Below the pieces are notes generated by a model, which did no database searches, was not told the origin of the DNA, and saw only the letters and a list, made by a program, of their open reading frames with translations. A DNA stretch of 64,000 bases from Blastocatellia bacterium. Its GTDB lineage: Bacteria > Acidobacteriota > Blastocatellia > RBC074. A program made the position numbers and the translations under genes. Positions 58,419 through 64,000 of the stretch are shown here, in pieces. The DNA is taken from assembly GCA_016789725.1 (NCBI GenBank), contig JAEUQN010000011.1, positions 1,102 to 65,101 of the forward strand, given 5' to 3'. Position 1 is the first letter of the stretch. Every line of letters begins with the position of its first letter.

Positions 58419-60331
58419 GATTGACTTTCTTCCCCACCCCGTATCCGGATGAATTACTGTACAGCGCGCTTGCCCGCTATCATTTGCGTAGTGGAAATCT
58501 CAGCGCCAAAGAAACCCTTCAAGAATTATTTGGCTCTACCACTGTCATAGCAACTATTGATCTTCCCTCGCATCTTGATTCCTTAATCGCGCGCCTTCCG
58601 CCTCTTGCCAGTTTTTCTTCAGAGGGACTAATTTGCAACCATACGCTCCTTCCCTACTACGCTCCATTTTTGAAGCCAGAGATTGTGGCCCAGATCAAGC
58701 AATCGATGAAGGGGCATCAGTGGGGCGACATCCACACTCGGTGTGGAATTGTTGCAAGCAGCATCAATCGCCCAATGTATTTACGATTTTGCCTTGTCTG
58801 TTTTCAGGCCGATGTAAAGACCTTTGGCGAACCATACTGGCATCGTGTTCACCAACTTCCTGGCGTACTCATCTGCCCGACACATGAGGCATTGCTTCAC
58901 AACAGCACAATCCGTGTTTTAGGTAGAAATCGGCACGAATTTGTGGCAGCGGATTCCAGATGTTGCATTCCCAAACCACAAGCAGTTTCAGTCAAGGCTG
59001 CCACTTGGGGCAAACTTCTGGTTCTGGCGCAAGATTCAGCCGCGCTTCTGAAACATGCTTTCCCTATTAAGGGATCGCACTGGTTTCGGCAGCAATATGG
59101 CGCGCTGTTAATTGACCGGAAATTAGCGAATGTTTCAGGGCGCGTGCGGCAAAAAGATTTCCGGGATCAATTCCGACAATTTTACGGAGATGAATTGTTA
59201 CGCTTGGTCAATTCAGAACTTGAAACCGACAAAGATATTGATTGGCTTGCCAGCATTGTGCGCAAACATCGCAAAGCATTCCACCCGCTACGACATTTAC
59301 TCTTGCTTCAGTTTTTTGATCTGACACCGGAGATACTTTGGAACTCGGTGTTTACATCTCAACCCTTTGGAATCGGCCCGTGGGCTTGCTTCAATGGCGC
59401 GGCCAATCATTACCGTGAGTGCGTCATTACCAAGTTCACCATTTCCTGGTCAGCAGATACAAAACGTCCGCTGGGGCATTTTGTTTGCGCTTGTGGATTT
59501 GGCTATACGACCAGCGATCCCAAAGTTGCAGGAGGCTTGTCTTTAAAGCCGCTCCGTGTAAAATCCTTTGGGCCAACCTGGGAAAATAAGCTGAAACAAT
59601 TGACAGAGAAAACGCTGGGCTTGAGAGAGACAGCAAGGCAGATGAAAGTAGACCCGAAAACGGTTTTACATCAATGCCAGCGTCTGGGCCTATCGTTAGG
59701 TAAAAATCAGGTTATTGAGCAGAAACAAAGTGCCACGACTCACAGTGATTCCATTGAGGTACTTCAGGCTACAACGCGGGATCGAAGAAAAGAATGGCAA
59801 GAATTGTGTGTGCAATTTCCGCAGGCATCAGTAACAGAGCTGAGACGAAAGGCCCCCGCCCTTTGGACTTGGTTGTACCGACATGAAAAAGACTGGTTGC
59901 GACAGAACGTTCCTGCTCCAATTCGCCAAGCCCCACAGGTCAAAAGAGTAGATTGGCAAGTACGAGATCAGCAAACCGCCACTGAAGTGCAAGCTGTCAT
60001 ACAACAAATTCTGGCAACAGTCCCCTTGCAGCGTGTCACCAAAAGTCGGATTGGCAAAAAGATAGGAAGGCTCGCATTACTTGAGCGGTTATTGGACAAG
60101 TTGCCGCGAACGAAATCACTACTGGAAAAGCGTTGTGAATCCCCTGCGCAGTACCGAATTCGTCGTATCCGATGGGCAGTTCAGCAGCTTCTTCGCCAAA
60201 ACTCCGCCGTTCGAGTTTGGGAAGTTGTTCGGCTTGCGCGTTTACGAAAAGAATACGCTACTCAACTCGAAACATTTATCCAGAGAGAAATTAAACGTTC
60301 CGTAACCTCACTGCGCGAACAGGCAAAGTGA
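58415..60331 (+). CDS. tnsD: TnsD/TniQ-family target selector
   Basis: TniQ N-terminus FFPTPYPDELLYSALARYH. CCCH zinc finger CLVCF...ICPTH. GTGA overlap with the tnsC stop. Confidence 0.88.
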   Translation: MRLTFFPTPYPDELLYSALARYHLRSGNLSAKETLQELFGSTTVIATIDLPSHLDSLIARLPPLASFSSEGLICNHTLLPYYAPFLKPEIVAQIKQSMKGHQWGDIHTRCGIVASSINRPMYLRFCLVCFQADVKTFGEPYWHRVHQLPGVLICPTHEALLHNSTIRVLGRNRHEFVAADSRCCIPKPQAVSVKAATWGKLLVLAQDSAALLKHAFPIKGSHWFRQQYGALLIDRKLANVSGRVRQKDFRDQFRQFYGDELLRLVNSELETDKDIDWLASIVRKHRKAFHPLRHLLLLQFFDLTPEILWNSVFTSQPFGIGPWACFNGAANHYRECVITKFTISWSADTKRPLGHFVCACGFGYTTSDPKVAGGLSLKPLRVKSFGPTWENKLKQLTEKTLGLRETARQMKVDPKTVLHQCQRLGLSLGKNQVIEQKQSATTHSDSIEVLQATTRDRRKEWQELCVQFPQASVTELRRKAPALWTWLYRHEKDWLRQNVPAPIRQAPQVKRVDWQVRDQQTATEVQAVIQQILATVPLQRVTKSRIGKKIGRLALLERLLDKLPRTKSLLEKRCESPAQYRIRRIRWAVQQLLRQNSAVRVWEVVRLARLRKEYATQLETFIQREIKRSVTSLREQAK

Positions 60332-60335
60332 GATT

Positions 60336-62009
60336 GTGGAAATACTAAAAGTAAAGCCGTGGCCTTTTGATAAAAATGAGCCTGCTACGCTGAATTGGAT
60401 ACTATCCCCTATACGCAAGATTAGTGGATACGAAGTCATTGCTATATTCAAAACCCTTTTCACCGGTAAACTAGAACGAGTTCCGCTCCCCTTGGGCATA
60501 TTGCCCGCCCTGAGAATTGGCCGGGTATATATTGATGGAAAATTAGCAGACCAAATCCCCCAACCACAAAAACTCGATATTCCCAATATAAGAAATGGCA
60601 CACTGGTAGACGGCTTCAAAATGCCGCCTTCTCTCTATAGCCTCCTAGAGCAACGATCATCTTGCGAGGAAAACCTGTGGCGCTTTGAATTGAATGCCAA
60701 TACATATTTTCTTCCTTGCCTGGAAATGATCAGAGCGTTTTTCATTCACACGAAAACACTGGCAAATAAAATTCTTATACCCAATGGTTTGGACACATTA
60801 ATCGGCGATGAAGAGATCAAGGGAAACGAGTTGATCCTACATTTGGATGAAACATTCCCTCTCAATTTGCTAAAAACTAAGGAAATGGAAGCAGCGCACC
60901 TCAATCATTTGATCTGGCTGAGACATAATCCTTCAGCACGTATGGCTTGGGAGTTTGTTGCCCGCAAATTATATGCTCAAGCGATTAAGAACAATCCATT
61001 CGATTTGTTTCAGGCATTAAGCGAGCGAATTCCTTTACAAGTTATCCCGCCTTTTGCTGAATCGCTCAGGATGGAGTTCACCAGCGTTTCGCACGGAAAT
61101 CAACATCTGGTTTTAGAAATCTTAGGATTTGAAGAAACGACACCTCTGCCCTTTGATCGAGTTAGTTATACGCACCCTCGGCTTGAAGAGCCTCGAAAAA
61201 CCACCGTTACGAAAATCCGCAAGATTCCGATTGAAGTAGGAGAAGAAATTGAATTGGACACTTCTGGCCTTCCAGCCAAAAATGAATCAAACCCAACAAT
61301 CGTGAAAACGCCTGCCGTTGAATTCCGGCTCTTACATTTCGTTCCACTGAAAAGAATTTATCAGAAGCGACCGGATGACAATTCTCCCAAGAGAATCACA
61401 GTAGCGGAGGAAACGCCCGTGTCCTCGGTTGTTAGAAGCGCCAATCCAACCGTTTATGGTGGCCTGCATAACCCGCTCGAGTTTGCAGGACTAACAGCAC
61501 CTGCCCCCGACCTTCCCGACTATCAAGAAAAAGGACTAAATCAATTTCTTACGGCGGTGAATGTATTGGCTTCTCACTACCAGCAAGAGTTGATGGTCTA
61601 TCCTTTCATTGGAGAATTGGCCTATGACAAATCGTTCTCGAAAGACGAGCAAAATCACCAGCGAAAATATGCTTGGGTGAGCATTCAATCGCGCCAATCA
61701 ACCGCACATTGTTTTATCCTCGAACTGGCACGAGTCGAAGGGCGACAAATTGCAACGCTATTCATCAAAGCGCCTCAAAAAGTTTCCAGCCCGCTACAAG
61801 AAAAACTGACTGAATCTTTGAATAAAAATAATGGGCATTTTAACCCTGACAACTTTTCATGCGATTTAGCAGAAAAAGTGGAAACACTTCGGCATTCCAG
61901 TTTGGGCGTAAAAGAAGGGGAAAGCGAGAAACGAAGGGCTTGGCGTGAGATTTATCACTGGGCAAATAGGATGGCTTCTGTGCTAGAGAACCTGAGATTC
62001 AAGATATGA
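60336..62009 (+). CDS. fifth tns-operon protein, probable distant TnsE-like target selector
   Basis: 557 aa. GTG lies 4 nt after the tnsD stop. No TniQ or NTPase motifs. NTYFLPCLEMIRAFFI at residues about 122-137 resembles the clamp-binding motif recalled at TnsE 121-131. Confidence 0.55.
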   Translation: MEILKVKPWPFDKNEPATLNWILSPIRKISGYEVIAIFKTLFTGKLERVPLPLGILPALRIGRVYIDGKLADQIPQPQKLDIPNIRNGTLVDGFKMPPSLYSLLEQRSSCEENLWRFELNANTYFLPCLEMIRAFFIHTKTLANKILIPNGLDTLIGDEEIKGNELILHLDETFPLNLLKTKEMEAAHLNHLIWLRHNPSARMAWEFVARKLYAQAIKNNPFDLFQALSERIPLQVIPPFAESLRMEFTSVSHGNQHLVLEILGFEETTPLPFDRVSYTHPRLEEPRKTTVTKIRKIPIEVGEEIELDTSGLPAKNESNPTIVKTPAVEFRLLHFVPLKRIYQKRPDDNSPKRITVAEETPVSSVVRSANPTVYGGLHNPLEFAGLTAPAPDLPDYQEKGLNQFLTAVNVLASHYQQELMVYPFIGELAYDKSFSKDEQNHQRKYAWVSIQSRQSTAHCFILELARVEGRQIATLFIKAPQKVSSPLQEKLTESLNKNNGHFNPDNFSCDLAEKVETLRHSSLGVKEGESEKRRAWREIYHWANRMASVLENLRFKI

Positions 62010-62078
62010 GTGGTTCTGCTCCGACTTCATAAGAGTAAAATCGTTAGATAAGCAACCAATTCTCATTGAATTGGTCGG

Positions 62079-63587
62079 CTAAAGATTGCGGCTAAACAAG
62101 CGTCTTTGCAAAGAAGCGGATTCGAGGTCATCTGAAACAGTAGGAGTTTCTTGTCGCTCTGGCTTCAACCTGGCGGCGGCTTTTTTCTTTGGCAGATTGG
62201 CCGGCGATCCTCGGTCATTACGAATACGTTCCAGCAAGGCCACAGCCGGTTCATAGTCGCGCCCTTCTCGTCGCGCCAATGCCGCTTCGGTCGGCACGAG
62301 TTCGCCGCGAAAGGCTTTCGCTAAAATGGATTGTTGCAACTTGTCCACCTGCCCTTTGGCGCGTTGGTAGCGGGCTTCCAATTGGTCGGCCAGTTGAAAC
62401 ATTGCTTCGATGCGACGGACGAGTTCTTGTTGCTCAGCGAGTGGCGGTACTGGCGTAGGAAAATTCTTGATATCTCTCACATTGAGGTGTGGTGATGCGC
62501 TTCCACCTGTCAATTCTCTAACTTGTGTAAGTATTTCTGGGCTGTTTAGCCAGTACATCAAAAACGAGGATGAATAAGAATGATTCGTTCGCATTAACAT
62601 CATTCGCTGCCCTAAACATAACTTTACGTTTGATGGGATAATGCAAGCAATTCCTAAAATCCCTCCTTCTCGACTATACAAAACATCGCCCGGCATAGGG
62701 GTAAGCCTTTCAATTCTACGTTGATAGGTTTCCTCAGAAACAAATCTGACTTCAGTAAGATCAAGAAACCCAGGCTTGAAATTTGTAGTTCGGACGCAAA
62801 TATGACCAGAATCTGCCCACTTAGGCGTCGAATGAGGGCAATCAACAACAGCCTCACAAATTGATTCGAGCGAACACCACTGCCAAGTTTCAGGGATTTC
62901 AAAAAGAGATGTTGCCGTCTCTTGCTTATTCTCTTTTTGAAATCGTTCCTCATTCTCTGAATACTTATTACGCCAATCAACCGTCAATTCTCCCGAACAC
63001 GCCGCCGCCAGCACGGCCTGCCGAAAGCGTTTGAGGATCACGGGAATTTTCGCCAGTCGTTGCTGACAAGCTTCCACTTTGCCGAGCAGCGTTTCCAGCC
63101 TGGCTACGATGCGGCGTTGTTCGGCGAGAGGAGGTAAAGTAAAGATTAGTCCTGATAGTTTTGTCGCGTTGCAATTAGGCTGAGCCGAACCTGAGATATT
63201 TTCAGAAATCTGATCCCAATATGATTTTGATTGGAAGAAACAAGCAAGGAACTCAGGCAAAACGCTTAAAGAAGGTCTGACTCGAATCAGATAAGAAGCG
63301 AAGACCGTCACAGGGCAAGACTTGATAAGAAAACTCTTTCCGGTAGTTGCTCCGGTTCTGGCAAATACGAGATCTCCCGGCGTTAATTCATAGTTTGAGA
63401 TTTTGTTTTCAGGAATCGCACAGTATGGAACGGTTTCCCAATTGACAGAACCATTTTGAATATCAGTTATCCTGAGATACTTTGGCCCCTTCGGCTCCTG
63501 AATCGCGCTGGCAGTGTATCCATAGCTTATATTATCAGAGACTTGCCCAACATTAGCCTCACCCCATCCTTCAGGCAATTGACTCAT
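62079..63587 (-). CDS. hsdS: type I restriction-modification specificity subunit HsdS
   Basis: Two target-recognition domains, each followed by a conserved coiled-coil repeat (PPLAEQRRIVARLETLL... and PPLAEQQELVRRIEAMF...AKAFRGELV). Confidence 0.9.
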   Translation of the reverse strand: MSQLPEGWGEANVGQVSDNISYGYTASAIQEPKGPKYLRITDIQNGSVNWETVPYCAIPENKISNYELTPGDLVFARTGATTGKSFLIKSCPVTVFASYLIRVRPSLSVLPEFLACFFQSKSYWDQISENISGSAQPNCNATKLSGLIFTLPPLAEQRRIVARLETLLGKVEACQQRLAKIPVILKRFRQAVLAAACSGELTVDWRNKYSENEERFQKENKQETATSLFEIPETWQWCSLESICEAVVDCPHSTPKWADSGHICVRTTNFKPGFLDLTEVRFVSEETYQRRIERLTPMPGDVLYSREGGILGIACIIPSNVKLCLGQRMMLMRTNHSYSSSFLMYWLNSPEILTQVRELTGGSASPHLNVRDIKNFPTPVPPLAEQQELVRRIEAMFQLADQLEARYQRAKGQVDKLQQSILAKAFRGELVPTEAALARREGRDYEPAVALLERIRNDRGSPANLPKKKAAARLKPERQETPTVSDDLESASLQRRLFSRNL

Positions 63588-64000
63588 GCAGCAACGCCCT
63601 CTTCTTTCTCAATCAACGCAATGATCTCGCGCAAATCATCCACCACAGCTTCGAGTTCGGTGATGGCTTCGCTCGCCAAATCCTGCGGCTCTGGCAAAGT
63701 GTCAGCATCTTCCAGCGATTCATCCTTGAGAATTGGAATATCAAGTTTGTAATCACGAGCTTTGATTTCGCTGATATGAAACTTGCGGAAGCGGGTGCCT
63801 TCTCCTAAATCTGCGCGCTCGCTCCTGCCGTTCGGGTCTGCGCCGTAGCATTTTTCAAAATCGGCAAAATGTTCATCTGACAACGGGCGTTCTTTTTTCG
63901 TCACGCCCGGCACGTTGGAGCGTCCGTCATAAATCCAAACGTTTTCGGTCGGGAAGCCTTTCTGCAAAAAGATGACGTTGGCTTTGACGCCCTGGCTGTA
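63584..64000 (-). CDS. hsdM: type I R-M methyltransferase HsdM, C-terminal part (5' end outside the window)
   Basis: FLQKGFPTENVWIYDGRSNVPGVTKKERPL... typical HsdM C-terminus. The frame stays open to the window edge. The stop overlaps the hsdS start (ATGA-type overlap). Confidence 0.85.
   Translation of the reverse strand, partial: YSQGVKANVIFLQKGFPTENVWIYDGRSNVPGVTKKERPLSDEHFADFEKCYGADPNGRSERADLGEGTRFRKFHISEIKARDYKLDIPILKDESLEDADTLPEPQDLASEAITELEAVVDDLREIIALIEKEEGVAA

Larger units (their letters stand above)
53584..64000 (+). mobile_element. Tn7-family transposon, right end and core machinery plus the start of its cargo (left end outside the window)
   Basis: Terminal TGT lies 27 bp after the glmS stop, followed by a TnsB-site-like repeat array, then tnsA-B-C-D-(E-like) in one overlapping operon. 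GC drops by eye. Confidence 0.9.

Noticed and set aside
1-64000. Search for tRNA, rRNA and CRISPR arrays across the window
   Set aside because: I noticed no T-loop/acceptor-like GGTTCGAATCC-type signatures, no rRNA-like conserved blocks and no repeat-spacer arrays in any intergenic region. Absence is by eye only.

Overview
A 64-kb chromosomal window from an Acidobacteria-type genome. Support for that placement: a TIGR03437 Solibacter-type C-terminal domain protein, a TPR-fused Ser/Thr kinase, DUF1080, and many secreted peptidases. GC is mid-50s % by eye. Gene order: gltB (partial at the left edge and missing from the ORF track), a UvrD-like helicase, an ECF sigma operon with tightly coupled tiny membrane proteins, cysteine synthase, a kinase and priA. 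Next is a small accessory patch (YhcG/DUF1016 nuclease plus a DUF433/DUF5615 toxin-antitoxin-like pair), then an esterase, retropepsin, oxidoreductase, MFS transporter and M16 peptidase. A complete clade II N2O-reductase cluster follows: crp/fnr, RIC, cytochrome c, then nosZ-B-D-F-L, an unknown monoheme gene, nosY and ywiC-like. After that come prolyl oligopeptidase, a low-GC AlbA_2-domain singleton, TPR and DUF1080 proteins, a GH15 N-domain fragment, methionine salvage mtnB-D-C, a large secreted beta-propeller protein, ferredoxin, yvcK and glmU-glmS. The most mobile feature is a Tn7-family transposon at the canonical glmS attachment site. Its right end and TnsB-site array are visible, followed by tnsA-B-C-D and a fifth TnsE-like gene. 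Its cargo begins with a type I R-M system that runs off the right edge. The window is also rich in interspersed palindromic elements. These include a roughly 88-bp REP/MITE-like family lying in frame inside the 5' ends of nosD and nosL, a GCAAAAG-armed MITE-like pair, and hairpins whose arms are inverted arrays of tandem heptamers. No rRNA, tRNA or CRISPR array was recognised. All calls come from reading the sequence and translated motifs; no searches were run.
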